Below, one piece after another: positions 20,442-30,698 of a stretch of DNA of 64,000 bases (the stretch's first letter is position 1; every line of letters starts with the position of its first letter). Location of the stretch: assembly GCA_963708295.1 (NCBI GenBank), contig CAVPSJ010000004.1:32001-96000 (forward strand). Direction: 5' to 3'. This DNA comes from an uncultured delta proteobacterium. GTDB lineage: Bacteria; Desulfobacterota; BSN033; UBA1163. The notes under the pieces were generated by a model, which made no database searches, was not told the DNA's origin, and saw only the letters and a program-made list of their open reading frames with translations. The translations under genes were made by a program, and so were the position numbers.

Positions 20442-23400
20442 TTATATCCCCGCCTCCGTTTGCTTCTTTTCAAACCAGCCATAAATCGAAGGGATGAGCA
20501 ACAGCGTTAGAAGCGTGGAGGTTATCAATCCCCCGACTACGACAGTTGCAAGGGGTTTCTGTATTTCAGAACCCGCTCCACTGGCGTAAAGCATCGGTAT
20601 CAAGCTGAATATGGCTATTGATGCAGTCATGATCACCGGACGCAATCTGTCAGCACTCCCTTTGAGAATGGCCTGTGTGAGGTCTAACCCTTCCTCACTG
20701 CGCAATTGGGAAATGCGGGATACCAGAACGACTCCGTTTAACACGGCCACTCCGAAGAGTACGATAAACCCGACTGAAGCCGGAACCGACAGGTACAAGC
20801 CGGAAATCCAAAGCGAGAACACGCCACCGATCAAAGCGAAAGGCAGGTTGCAAATTACCAGGAGGGCCAGTTTTATCGATCGGAACGTTGCAAAGAGAAG
20901 AAGCAGAATCAATCCGATTGCGATGGGTCCGATGATCATCATTTTAGCCATCGCCCGTTGCTGGTTTTCAAACTGCCCTCCCCAGGTGACGTAATACCCC
21001 GAGGGCAGCTTCACGTTTTCTGCTATCTTCCGTTTCGCTTCTGCGACAAAACCGCCGATGTCTCTTCCTTCTAGGTTGAGCTCGATTCCAATCCTTCGTA
21101 AACCGTCCTCCCTGCTTATCTGTGCCGGTCCTTCCGTGAGAGAGATCTTCGCCAGTTGACTGAGGGGGACGTTCGGACCCCCATCTGTAGGTGCCAGGAT
21201 GTTCCCGATCGTCTCCACTGAATTCCTGTTTTCCTCCGGCAGACGAACCGTAATATCAAAACTCCTGTTCTCTTCATAGAATTTGGATGCGGACTTGCCC
21301 CCTATCGCAATTTCCACGATGTTTTGAATATCGCTTATGTTCAATCCGTAGCGCGCGATTTTGGCCCTGTCTATTTCGATGGTGAGATACGGCTGCCCGG
21401 TCACCTTTTCCGTAAGCAAGTCGGTTGCGCCTTCAATTTTGGCGAGCACCCGAGCGATTTCATCGGATTTCGATTTCAACATCCCCATGTCCTCGCCAAA
21501 AAGTCTCAAAATGATCTGGGCCCGGGTTCCAGCCACGAGCTCATCGATTCTGCACTGAACGGGCTGGCTAAACCCGAATCCTATTCCCGGAATCGTTTCG
21601 ATGGCATCTCTCATCCTGGCCGTCAATTCCTCCCGGTCCAGGCCGTTTTTCCATTCCTTTTTCGGCTTCAACACACCAACGTATCCGGTTTTATCAACAC
21701 CCCGCGTGTCCAGGGCTACCCCGGTTTGTCCTGTTCGCGAGACCACCGTGTCCAATTCCGGGAACGCCTTCAGTTTTTCACCTATGAGTTTGTTTATCTC
21801 CATCGCCTTATCCAGGGAAACACCGGGCAGAAGAGATACGTCCATATCAAAAGCGCCTTCATCCATGGTTGGTATGAATTCCGTTCCCAGCCGCGAGATA
21901 ATGATGAGAGACAAGGCAAGGAAAAGACCCGCAGCGGCAAGGACCAGTTTTCTCTTTTTCATGCTCTTCATGAGCACGGGCAAATACAGATTCTTTAGAC
22001 CTCTCATGATGAAGCTTTCTTTTTCCGGCTGAGGTTTTAGTATGATTGAACACAAGACCGGAATAACGAAAATGGACAATACCAGGGATGAGAGAAGGGC
22101 AATGGCGACCGTCGTCGCAAGCGGTCCGAACATCTTTCCTTCAATCCCTTCCAGGGCAAGAATGGGAATGAACGTAATCGCTATGATCAGCTCACCGAGA
22201 ATGCTCGGCTTTCTTACTTCAAGGACTGCCTTCAGCACGGTAGCAAGGGTTTTAGCCCCATGCCCGCCCTCACTGAGGTGCCTCTGTACGTTCTCCACCT
22301 GAATGATGGTTGCGTCTATGATCATACCGATTGAAATGGCCAACCCGCCAAGAGACATCAAGTTGGCGCTCAATCCGCCGATTCTCATGACAATGAATGT
22401 GGACAGCAAAGAGAGCGGAAGCGCAATCAACACGACAAAGGAAGCCCTGAAGCTTCTGAGCAGGAGATAAAGAACGATCAGCACAAGAAAGGCGCCTTCG
22501 AGCAGCGCTTTGGTGACTGTGGCAACGCTTGCATTCACGATGTCTGAACGATCGTAATAGGGGACGATCCGGATCCCCTTCGGCAGAATATTGTTCTCGT
22601 TTATTTCCTTGACCTTTTTCTTGACCCGTTCGACGACTTCGCGGCTGTTCTCTCCTCGAAGCATCATCACAATTCCGCCGACCGCCTCGTCCTTTCCGTT
22701 GATCAGGGCTGCGCCCTGCCGTACGGCTTGGCCGATCCTTACTTGAGCGACATCCTTCAGGTATGTCGGCGTTCCTCCGTGGGATTTTAGAACGATATTC
22801 TCGATGTCGGCCGTATCCTTAATCAGTCCAACTCCTCGAACGATATACTGGTCCGAGTGTTTTTCCATCACATTTCCTCCGGCATTCTGGTTATTCCTCT
22901 CGATCGCAGCGTATACCTGGTCGACAGAAATGTTATGCCTCAAGAGCCTTTGCGGGAAAACAACGACTTGATATTCTTTGAAATAGCCGCCGTAGGAATT
23001 TACTTCATTGACTCCCGGAACGTTTTTTAGCAACGGGTTGATGGTCCATTCCTGAATCGTCCTCAGATCCGTCAAATACGCTATTCGCTCCTGCGGGTCA
23101 TCGGGCATTCTGCCATCAAGGTTGAACTGATAGATCTCCCCCATTGCTGTCGCGATGGGTCCCATGGTGACCTCTGCGCCTTTGGGAACGTTCTCCTTCG
23201 CTTCGGCAAGTCTCTCAAACACAAGTTGCCGGGCAAAGTAGATATCGACATTGTCTTCAAAGACAATGGTCACCAGGGAAAGGCCGAACTTGGTGACCGA
23301 GCGCATCTGCTTAACCTTGGGCAGCCCGCGCATGGCCATTTCAATGGGATAGGTTACTGAACGCTCAATTTCTATCGCAGAAAGCCCGCTCGCACGGCCT

Positions 23401-23549
23401 ACGACTTCCACCTGGATGTTCGTTACGTCGGGAAAGGCGTCGATGGGGAGCTTCATATAGGAGTAGACTCCAAATACGACCAGGAGAAGCGAGAAAACGA
23501 TAACCGTCCCTTTCTGCCTGAGCACCGATGCAATGATCCTTTCCAACAT
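20442..23549 (-). CDS. czcA: CusA/CzcA family heavy-metal efflux RND transporter
   Basis: LPIDAFPDVTNIQV, NLMSLGGLAI, RLRPVIMTA; 1035 aa. Confidence 0.95.
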   Translation of the reverse strand: MLERIIASVLRQKGTVIVFSLLLVVFGVYSYMKLPIDAFPDVTNIQVEVVGRASGLSAIEIERSVTYPIEMAMRGLPKVKQMRSVTKFGLSLVTIVFEDNVDIYFARQLVFERLAEAKENVPKGAEVTMGPIATAMGEIYQFNLDGRMPDDPQERIAYLTDLRTIQEWTINPLLKNVPGVNEVNSYGGYFKEYQVVVFPQRLLRHNISVDQVYAAIERNNQNAGGNVMEKHSDQYIVRGVGLIKDTADIENIVLKSHGGTPTYLKDVAQVRIGQAVRQGAALINGKDEAVGGIVMMLRGENSREVVERVKKKVKEINENNILPKGIRIVPYYDRSDIVNASVATVTKALLEGAFLVLIVLYLLLRSFRASFVVLIALPLSLLSTFIVMRIGGLSANLMSLGGLAISIGMIIDATIIQVENVQRHLSEGGHGAKTLATVLKAVLEVRKPSILGELIIAITFIPILALEGIEGKMFGPLATTVAIALLSSLVLSIFVIPVLCSIILKPQPEKESFIMRGLKNLYLPVLMKSMKKRKLVLAAAGLFLALSLIIISRLGTEFIPTMDEGAFDMDVSLLPGVSLDKAMEINKLIGEKLKAFPELDTVVSRTGQTGVALDTRGVDKTGYVGVLKPKKEWKNGLDREELTARMRDAIETIPGIGFGFSQPVQCRIDELVAGTRAQIILRLFGEDMGMLKSKSDEIARVLAKIEGATDLLTEKVTGQPYLTIEIDRAKIARYGLNISDIQNIVEIAIGGKSASKFYEENRSFDITVRLPEENRNSVETIGNILAPTDGGPNVPLSQLAKISLTEGPAQISREDGLRRIGIELNLEGRDIGGFVAEAKRKIAENVKLPSGYYVTWGGQFENQQRAMAKMMIIGPIAIGLILLLLFATFRSIKLALLVICNLPFALIGGVFSLWISGLYLSVPASVGFIVLFGVAVLNGVVLVSRISQLRSEEGLDLTQAILKGSADRLRPVIMTASIAIFSLIPMLYASGAGSEIQKPLATVVVGGLITSTLLTLLLIPSIYGWFEKKQTEAGI

Positions 23550-23680
23550 AACTATTCCCTCTATCTAATCCTCCCCTTTGGCGATTCTGATTTTCTTTGG
23601 GTCAACAGAAAGTACCCGGCCGCCGCTCGAAGTTCTTCTATTGATGCCCGATCGTTGTAATTGGCTGCATGCCGTACTTT

Positions 23681-24913
23681 CTACTCAGCCTGGAGCGTCT
23701 CCTTCTTGAGCTCCGATTTGAGCGTGAAAACACCCTGGGTGATCACCGCCTCTCCTGCTTTCAGCCCTTCCTTAATCTCGATCCTTTGGCCCGAGGCAGG
23801 GCCCACGGAAACTCGTCGCGCAACGAACCTTTCATCTCCTTCTTGAACAAAGACGTACCTTTCCGAGCCGTCAAGAAAGACCGCCTCTTCGGGAACGGCA
23901 ATGACTTTTCGAGCGCCGGAGTCTTTGCCGGGGTCTATCGAAGCCGTTGCAAACATCCCCAGCTTCAAAAGCCCGCTTGAATTGTCGACTGTCACCCTTG
24001 CCTTTGCCGTGCGGGTCTTTTCGTTGATCATATCTCCCGTATAAGAAATTTTTCCTCTAAAGGCTCTTCCCGGAAACGCGGTGACCGAGACGGTCGCGGC
24101 CATGCCAGATCGTATAGAACCTACGTCTTTTTCAAGTATGTCAATGACTACCCAGACGGTTGACAGATCGGCAACGACAAAGAGGATCTTGTCAGGGCTG
24201 ACAATCTCACCCTGGGAGACGTTTTTTTCTATAACAACGCCGGCTATGGGTGAAGAGATGGGAACGAGGGGGTCCTCGCCGTTCGTTTTTTTCTCCTCAA
24301 ACTGCGATATATTGATGCCGAGAATACGAAACTTCTCCTTCGCAAGGTTGAGGTCTGCTTCAGTCTCTTTTAATTCCTGCCTTGCCTTGAGAACATCCTT
24401 CTCGGGGCACACCCTTTTATCAAAGAGCGTCTCCTCCCGTTTCAGGTTTGTCTGGGCAAGATCGAGCCTGCTCTTTGTCTTTAAGTAATCTGCCCATGCC
24501 ATATCGATCTCCGGGCTGTCAAAATAGGCAAGCGGCTGATGGGATCCCACCCTGTCACCCTGAGAGCCATTGACTTTTACAATCTTGCCTGACATTCTTG
24601 GGCTGATCTTCGAGATTCGGTCGGCATTCAACTCGATAACCGCCGTTGCGAAAATAGGAATTGACAGCTCCTCAGGACTGGCTTTTGCGGTCTTTACGCC
24701 GAATTCTTTCTGCTTTTCCTGAGAAAGAGTGACGACGCCTTCTTCCTTCCTTTTTTTCTCTTCCTTTCCTGCTTTTTCCTCTTTTTGTATTTCTGCGGGT
24801 GAGGCTCTTTTTGTGTCCTTCACATCAAACCCCTTGCCGCCTAAGAAAATGACCCCTGATAAGATCATTATCCCGGCCATGACGATTGGAAAACCTTTTC
24901 GTACCGTTTTCAT
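23681..24913 (-). CDS. czcB: RND periplasmic adaptor (CzcB-like)
   Basis: SPIAGVVIEKNV, VADLSTVWV, TRTAKARV, LKLGMFA. Confidence 0.92.
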   Translation of the reverse strand: MKTVRKGFPIVMAGIMILSGVIFLGGKGFDVKDTKRASPAEIQKEEKAGKEEKKRKEEGVVTLSQEKQKEFGVKTAKASPEELSIPIFATAVIELNADRISKISPRMSGKIVKVNGSQGDRVGSHQPLAYFDSPEIDMAWADYLKTKSRLDLAQTNLKREETLFDKRVCPEKDVLKARQELKETEADLNLAKEKFRILGINISQFEEKKTNGEDPLVPISSPIAGVVIEKNVSQGEIVSPDKILFVVADLSTVWVVIDILEKDVGSIRSGMAATVSVTAFPGRAFRGKISYTGDMINEKTRTAKARVTVDNSSGLLKLGMFATASIDPGKDSGARKVIAVPEEAVFLDGSERYVFVQEGDERFVARRVSVGPASGQRIEIKEGLKAGEAVITQGVFTLKSELKKETLQAE

Positions 24914-26148
24914 CTCAGGTCACCTCCAATTATTCTCTTTATTCCATTGATAGAAGACTGTGCCCTAAGCAGGGCGTCTACGTATGCGAACTGGATATCC
25001 AGGGCATCTTTTTGAGCCAGCCTGACGTCATAGAAACCGACCTTTCCTTCCCTGAAGGCCAGGTTGAGTAAGTCAAGATTCTCGAGCGCTTTGTTGAGCA
25101 TCTCCTTCTTGTAGAGCTCCACTTCTTTATAGGAGGAAACCAGGTTAGCGTAGCCCTCCTCTATTTCCCTTTCGACGATTCTCTTAACGTTTGGATATCT
25201 TATGGTTGCCTGTTCCGATCTGATTTTGGCTATTTTCCTTTCCGCCTGCTTTTGGTCAATGAGCGGAAGAGGTATCGAAACGATCAGCCCTCCTGTATTC
25301 CTCAGTTCGTCCCTCTGATAAAACGCCGAAACTGTGACGTTTGGAATAGCTTCCTTCTTTGCCAGGTGGATTGCCGAACGGGTCTTTTCTTCCTCGATTT
25401 GCGAAGCCTTGAGGTCGGGTCGGTTGGCAAGAGCGCTTTCTTTGAGTCCTTCCTTATCCCGCAACCCGAGCACCTCACTTAATATCTCTCCCTCGATTTT
25501 GAAATCGACATCAGGCTTGTGGCCCATGATATCCTGGAGAATTAAGATAGATTCTTTGTATTCCCTCTCAGCTGAAAGAAGTTCTGTTCTTGCCTTGCCC
25601 AATTCCAGCTCAGCGATGTTGATTTCAAGGCCTGATACGTCGCCAGCCTTGAGCTTTATCCTGGTGAATTCGAGAAGTTCTTCCTTTAACCTCACCGCCT
25701 CTTTTCTCAATTCCACTCTTCGCTTTGAAGCGAGCGCCCTTGCAAAAGCGTTTCTGGCTTCAGAAGTGATAATCCTTTCCTTGTCTCTTATCTCAAGGCT
25801 AACTCTCTGGATCTCTTTTCCAGCTACGTCGATCCTGAAACCTCTCTGCCCTGCGATCTCGAACTCCTGGGAAAGCGTTACCCCGTAGTCCGTAAAGGTA
25901 TGCTGAACGTCACCCCCTTTGCCTTTTGCGACGACATTACTTTCCACTGTGGGGTTTGCAATCAAAGGGAGCCTCGCTTTCTGCAGCTGGGCCTTCGCAA
26001 TTTCTTCCTCAAGTCTTAGCGACCTAAGATCCGGATTTTGTCGAAGGGTGTACTCGACGATTTCATCCAGGGTCGCCGATTGAGTTACGGAGGAAAAACA
26101 AACATAGAAAACGATAACTAATAGAAAAATGAACGCACTTCTCATCAT
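24910..26148 (-). CDS. czcC: TolC/CzcC family outer membrane efflux protein
   Basis: signal peptide, NPDL, SQEFEIAGQR, RPDL, VSIPLPL; overlaps adaptor start. Confidence 0.9.
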   Translation of the reverse strand: MMRSAFIFLLVIVFYVCFSSVTQSATLDEIVEYTLRQNPDLRSLRLEEEIAKAQLQKARLPLIANPTVESNVVAKGKGGDVQHTFTDYGVTLSQEFEIAGQRGFRIDVAGKEIQRVSLEIRDKERIITSEARNAFARALASKRRVELRKEAVRLKEELLEFTRIKLKAGDVSGLEINIAELELGKARTELLSAEREYKESILILQDIMGHKPDVDFKIEGEILSEVLGLRDKEGLKESALANRPDLKASQIEEEKTRSAIHLAKKEAIPNVTVSAFYQRDELRNTGGLIVSIPLPLIDQKQAERKIAKIRSEQATIRYPNVKRIVEREIEEGYANLVSSYKEVELYKKEMLNKALENLDLLNLAFREGKVGFYDVRLAQKDALDIQFAYVDALLRAQSSINGIKRIIGGDLR

Positions 26149-26305
26149 CAGCTCCTTAGACAGACTTTTGAAAATAATTCTACTGTCAAAGACTCAAGTC
26201 TCCATATCCATCCTTCTCCCCTGCAATCGTCACATCATACGGTGCAGCTGGAGTGATGGCGAATCGGCGTATGTAAAATCAGTTGTAACTTCTGAGCGAA
26301 GGGAG

Positions 26306-26608
26306 TTAATTCTGTGGCGGTTTATAGATGGGAAAAGACGGGCCGGAAAAGGTCGACAGGGTCGTGTCAATCTTTATAAGGGAAGATAAGAAAGGAATGT
26401 TGGAGATATGATAACTAATCATGCCGGCAGTGTTAAAACAATAAGAACAAAGGTGTTCCGGAGAGGACTTACCCTGAATGAGGGTCGAGCAGTCGCTGCA
26501 AGCAATGAGATCGAGTGAAGGGGCGAAAACAAACAAGACAAGCGGAAATAATAAAACAAACCATTTTGAGACTACGACAGATTTCCCCATGACGCACGAT
26601 CTCCGCAC
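26306..26608 (-). CDS. small Cys/His-rich protein ending IYKPP (DUF2946-like leader)
   Basis: TM/signal segment, CSDC, HLCSYC, C-terminal FPIYKPPQN; first ORF of czc operon; TTGACA upstream near 26703-26708. Confidence 0.7.
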   Translation of the reverse strand: MRRSCVMGKSVVVSKWFVLLFPLVLFVFAPSLDLIACSDCSTLIQGKSSPEHLCSYCFNTAGMISYHISNIPFLSSLIKIDTTLSTFSGPSFPIYKPPQN

Positions 26609-26925
26609 CTCAATACCTTCCTCTCACATTTGTGCAAATTTCAGCCTTGTTCAGGTTTTCTACTGCCACTACTAAAAAGTATGTAACATTAAATCATCCC
26701 CTGTCAAGAAGTAAACGGGGTGAAAAATGTATTTTCTTGAATGGGACACCTTATTTCTGTTGAATCGAGGCCGACCAGCTCGTAATGGAACTAAAATCAG
26801 CGGGTCATATGGAAGCGTAATTCTAAAAAGCGAGGATTTCAGAAACTACTCTTGCGCGGGTACTCTGGTAAAATCGGGGGATTCAATGCTTTTCCACTGT
26901 TGATTTTAATGCCGGTTTTTCCCTC

Positions 26926-27215
26926 TCAAGAATTCGAGATCAGAAGCTCGGTCACGGGCTTAGATTTCCGAGTCCAGAACCCACCCGTGTACATGTCTTC
27001 ACTTTCACGATTTTGAATCCTTTGAAGATCTCGCGGGGCTGTGGATGGTCGTTGATCGAGACAGTGAATTTTCCTTGTAGGGTCTTAAGAATACCGTTTA
27101 ATTTCGGGAATCCTCCCTCGGGAAGATCCCGTGGCCGTAACAGTTCAACAGGCCATCATACGGAGGATCGAGAGAGACGAACGCTTCCGTCTTTTCGATG
27201 TAGACCGTCAAATCC
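26926..27215 (-). pseudogene. degraded C-terminal remnant of a Dam/D12-class DNA adenine methyltransferase
   Basis: hand translation gives SLDPPY(27158-27169)...CYGHGIF / QGKFTVSINDHP...EIFKGFKI / KPVTELLISN* across frameshifts. Confidence 0.7.
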
Positions 27216-27265
27216 TCACCGCGTTTGCTTTCGGCAAACTCCCGGAAAAAGGCCTTCGCGTGAGG

Positions 27266-27862
27266 TTATTTCCGAGTCTTTTCCCGGAGTGTCTTCAGAA
27301 GATCCTCAGGGGTCTTGTTCATCAGAATCTCCCTGAACTGGGTGCGATAGTTCTGTACCAGGCTGACGCCCTCGATCACCACATCGTAGACCTTCCACTC
27401 TCCGTTCACTAAGATCATTCGATAATGGATCGGAATGGATTTCGATGGTTGAATCACCTCGCTCTGGACTTCAGCGGCTTTATCCGAGAGGTTGGTGGTT
27501 TTGCCAAAAACCACTTTCTCGTCTTTATACGCGATGATCCTGTCCATGTAAACGGTGCCGAGGAGTTTCCCGAAAAGGCTTATAAATTCCTTCTGTTGAT
27601 CCGGGGAGAGCTTTTTCCAGTTTTGGGCCAATGTCCGTTTCGAAAGCTCGGCATAATCAAAGACATTGTCGAGGATCTCCCAGATCTTCTTTTCTTTGGC
27701 GGCCTTGGCGGATTCGGCCTTCAGAGCAGGATCCCGCAACACCTCCAGCGCCCGGTCGACCTGGGGTTTAATGGTTTCCAGAGGAGAAACTGCAGAGGCG
27801 GAAACTGGCGAGAGATTGAGAACAACAAGAACACCGATCAATACAGCGAGTGATTTTCTCAT
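27266..27862 (-). CDS. mlaC: MlaC/Ttg2D phospholipid-binding protein
   Basis: FDYAELSKRTL, WKVYDVVIEGVSLVQNYRTQF. Confidence 0.93.
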   Translation of the reverse strand: MRKSLAVLIGVLVVLNLSPVSASAVSPLETIKPQVDRALEVLRDPALKAESAKAAKEKKIWEILDNVFDYAELSKRTLAQNWKKLSPDQQKEFISLFGKLLGTVYMDRIIAYKDEKVVFGKTTNLSDKAAEVQSEVIQPSKSIPIHYRMILVNGEWKVYDVVIEGVSLVQNYRTQFREILMNKTPEDLLKTLREKTRK

Positions 27863-27864
27863 GC

Positions 27865-28335
27865 TTATTTCTTCTCCTTCCCTTCTTTTCCGATATCGCC
27901 AAATGCATATTTTCCAATGAGGTCCGAGAGGTCGGGTGGCGATTCAGTCTGTGTGATAACCCCTCCCGACTTTAAGATCAAGCCTGCTCCTCCCGCGTCG
28001 AGGCTGACGTATCGGTCCCCGATGAGGCCCGATGTCTTAATGGAGGCAATCGCATCTTCATACACCTTGATGCCCTCTCTTATTTTGAATTCCACCATGA
28101 CCACTTGCTTTTCTTGATCGAGCTTGAAACCCGCGACCTCTCCGATTTGAATCCCCAGCATCTCCACGGGGTTACCGGTTCTCAACCCGGACACCGAATT
28201 GAAGCGGGCAAAGAGAGGATACGAATCGTCGCCCAGAAGTTTAACCTTTCCGAGCTTCACGGTCATATATCCCACGCATACCAGCCCGACCAGCACAAAG
28301 ATTCCGGCCACTGTCTCATAACGATATTTCTTCAT
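27865..28335 (-). CDS. mlaD: MlaD (MCE domain) protein
   Basis: FNSVSGLRTG, ASIKTSGLIGDRYV. Confidence 0.93.
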   Translation of the reverse strand: MKKYRYETVAGIFVLVGLVCVGYMTVKLGKVKLLGDDSYPLFARFNSVSGLRTGNPVEMLGIQIGEVAGFKLDQEKQVVMVEFKIREGIKVYEDAIASIKTSGLIGDRYVSLDAGGAGLILKSGGVITQTESPPDLSDLIGKYAFGDIGKEGKEKK

Positions 28336-28341
28336 TCCTGA

Positions 28342-29583
28342 TTACCTCCGTATTTCACAGTAAACCCTGGCAATTTCTCTCTGCTTCGTCTCGGCTTGCT
28401 TAAAAACGAGATCGATCTCCTCACCCCCTGCTTTGCTCTCAGCAAAACCCGCGAAAATGGCGAATGGGAAACAGATGTCCTGAGAAATATGAGCCTGTGC
28501 CTGGATCGTGCGCAATCCTTCTTTTTGAAGATCCAGCGCAAATGTTTTCAGAATCCGCTCCGCCTCGTCGAGGGTCGAAAAAGGGAGAAAAGTGGTAAAT
28601 TGATTCTTGCTCTGACGCGCAGAGAATCCCCCCACTGCGCCGAAATGCTTGTTCAGGTATGCCCCCATGGCATTGAGAACTTCTTGCCCTCGGGTGTGCC
28701 CGAGATGCTCACAGAGTTGATCAAATTCCTGCAGCGTAAATAGGGCCACGACATAGCTATCCTGAGGACTCTTCCGCCTGAGGCCTAACTGATTCCGAAC
28801 CCTGAACTGCCGCTTGGATTGAATTCCGGTAAGATGTTCCTGGAAATCCTCAAGGCTCTGGACGAATTCGTCGACCAGAGGATGCTCGAAATCGTCGAAC
28901 TGTCTCGGGGTTCCCTGGAAAACAATCTTTCCGTCACTCAGAGCCAGAATACGGTTGGAGATGAAAAAAACATCCGGGACGTCATGACTGATCAGGACGG
29001 CCGTGAAGCCGAACTTCCGCTGGTATTGAGCAATCATGCTCAGGATCGCATTCCTGCGAATGACATCCTGGCCCGTCGTGGGTTCATCAAAAAGCACGAT
29101 CTTGGGATCGATCACCAGGGCTCGACTCAGCGCCACTCGCTTCTGCATCCCCCCCGAGAGCTCCGATGGATAGCTCTGGCCCACGTCCGCAAGTTCCATC
29201 TGCTCCATTCTGGCCTTGACCCGCTCTTCTATGGTCTTCTCGTTGAGAGGAGTGGTCTGCCGAAGCGGCAGGGCAATATTTTCGAAAACGGTCATCGAAT
29301 CGAAGAGGGCATTATTCTGAAACATGTAACTGATTTGACCGAAGGTCCGATCCCGTTCATTCTTGCTCATCTTCTGAACAGGCTGACCGCGGAACAGGAT
29401 GGTACCTTCATCAGGGGTTAGCAACCCGATAATGTGTTTGAGCAAAACGCTCTTGCCGCTGCCACTCTTTCCGATGATGGTCGTAATCTCTCCCTCATAG
29501 ATCGTCAGGTCAACCTGATCGAGGATCCTATGGTTGTTAAATCGCTTGCTCACTTTTTGAAATTCAACCAATGGTGTCTTCAT
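28342..29583 (-). CDS. mlaF: MlaF ABC ATPase fused to a degenerate GGDEF-like domain
   Basis: GKSGSGKS, LSGGMQKRV, LFDEPTTG; ~165-aa tail with LGHTRGQEVL...FSARQSKNQF. Confidence 0.9.
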   Translation of the reverse strand: MKTPLVEFQKVSKRFNNHRILDQVDLTIYEGEITTIIGKSGSGKSVLLKHIIGLLTPDEGTILFRGQPVQKMSKNERDRTFGQISYMFQNNALFDSMTVFENIALPLRQTTPLNEKTIEERVKARMEQMELADVGQSYPSELSGGMQKRVALSRALVIDPKIVLFDEPTTGQDVIRRNAILSMIAQYQRKFGFTAVLISHDVPDVFFISNRILALSDGKIVFQGTPRQFDDFEHPLVDEFVQSLEDFQEHLTGIQSKRQFRVRNQLGLRRKSPQDSYVVALFTLQEFDQLCEHLGHTRGQEVLNAMGAYLNKHFGAVGGFSARQSKNQFTTFLPFSTLDEAERILKTFALDLQKEGLRTIQAQAHISQDICFPFAIFAGFAESKAGGEEIDLVFKQAETKQREIARVYCEIRR

Positions 29584-29589
29584 CGATTC

Positions 29590-30390
29590 CTACAGCAGGA
29601 GAGAAGTGACCACATAATCCGCAACGAGGATGAGGACGCATGATACGACGACTGCGGACGTAGTGGAAAGTCCCACGGCCTTCGCACCGTAGCTATCCCT
29701 TCGCAGATGGGTATAATAACCTTGAAAGCAGCAGATCGTCGAGACCAGGGCCGCGAACACCACCGCCTTGACAAAGCCTCCCGTGATATCCTGCATCTCC
29801 ACGCCGACCCGCGCGTGGTGAAAGTAGGTGCCCGCGTTGAGGCCCATCAGCATCACCCCGGTGATAAATCCGCCGAGGATGCCGATAAGATCAAAAAAGG
29901 CCGTCAGTAAGGGGAAGCTGATGATGGAAGCCGCGATCCTGGGGCTGACCAGATACCGGAGCGGATCGATCCTCATGGTGTCAAGAGCGTCGATCTGCTC
30001 CGAGATGCGTTGGATACCGATCTCTGCAGCCATGGAGGAGCCTGCTCGGGCCGTGATCATGATGGCCGTGAGCACGGGGCCGAGTTCCCTGACCAACGAC
30101 AGCGCAACCGCTGTGCCCAAAACGCCCGCCGACCCGAATTTCACCAGGGTATAAAAAAGCTGGAGTCCCAAAACCATGCCGGTGAACAGGCCGACAAACA
30201 TCACGATCACTGCAGACCTGGCTCCGATGGCATAGACCTGCTGAACGATGGCAGGGAACTGCTTGGGATGAAAGATCATTAGAGCGGCTCTGACAAAAAA
30301 GAGGACCATCGCGCCGAGTTCATTGACCCACCGAAGTGCGATCCTGCCCAGGGAGGTCACAGGGGATATCAAAAACGGTTGTTTATCCAT
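29590..30390 (-). CDS. mlaE: MlaE ABC permease
   Basis: VRELGPVLTAI, EQIDALDTM, AVGLSTTSAVV. Confidence 0.93.
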   Translation of the reverse strand: MDKQPFLISPVTSLGRIALRWVNELGAMVLFFVRAALMIFHPKQFPAIVQQVYAIGARSAVIVMFVGLFTGMVLGLQLFYTLVKFGSAGVLGTAVALSLVRELGPVLTAIMITARAGSSMAAEIGIQRISEQIDALDTMRIDPLRYLVSPRIAASIISFPLLTAFFDLIGILGGFITGVMLMGLNAGTYFHHARVGVEMQDITGGFVKAVVFAALVSTICCFQGYYTHLRRDSYGAKAVGLSTTSAVVVSCVLILVADYVVTSLLL

Positions 30391-30698
30391 TGAATCCACT
30401 TCCCTTCCATAAGATTCCATGCGCATTTCACGTCAGTTTTCCCGGGATCAGGCCCAAGGGTTAATCGGCCTTGTGCAGTTCTCCACGGGGGCATCATTGT
30501 ATGGCTCTATTATATCCAACTTGACGACCGCCCCGTCAAGGTTTTTCGCTTGCATAACAAGTCTGTCAATTATAGCATTATAGATTGGCCCGGAAGGAGG
30601 CCAAATCCCCGCAGGCCCTGGATTGATTTCAACAATCTATTGCTACAAATTGGAGAAAAGGTTACCTTTAGTCCTAAGAATTCCGAAAGGGGCTTTAC

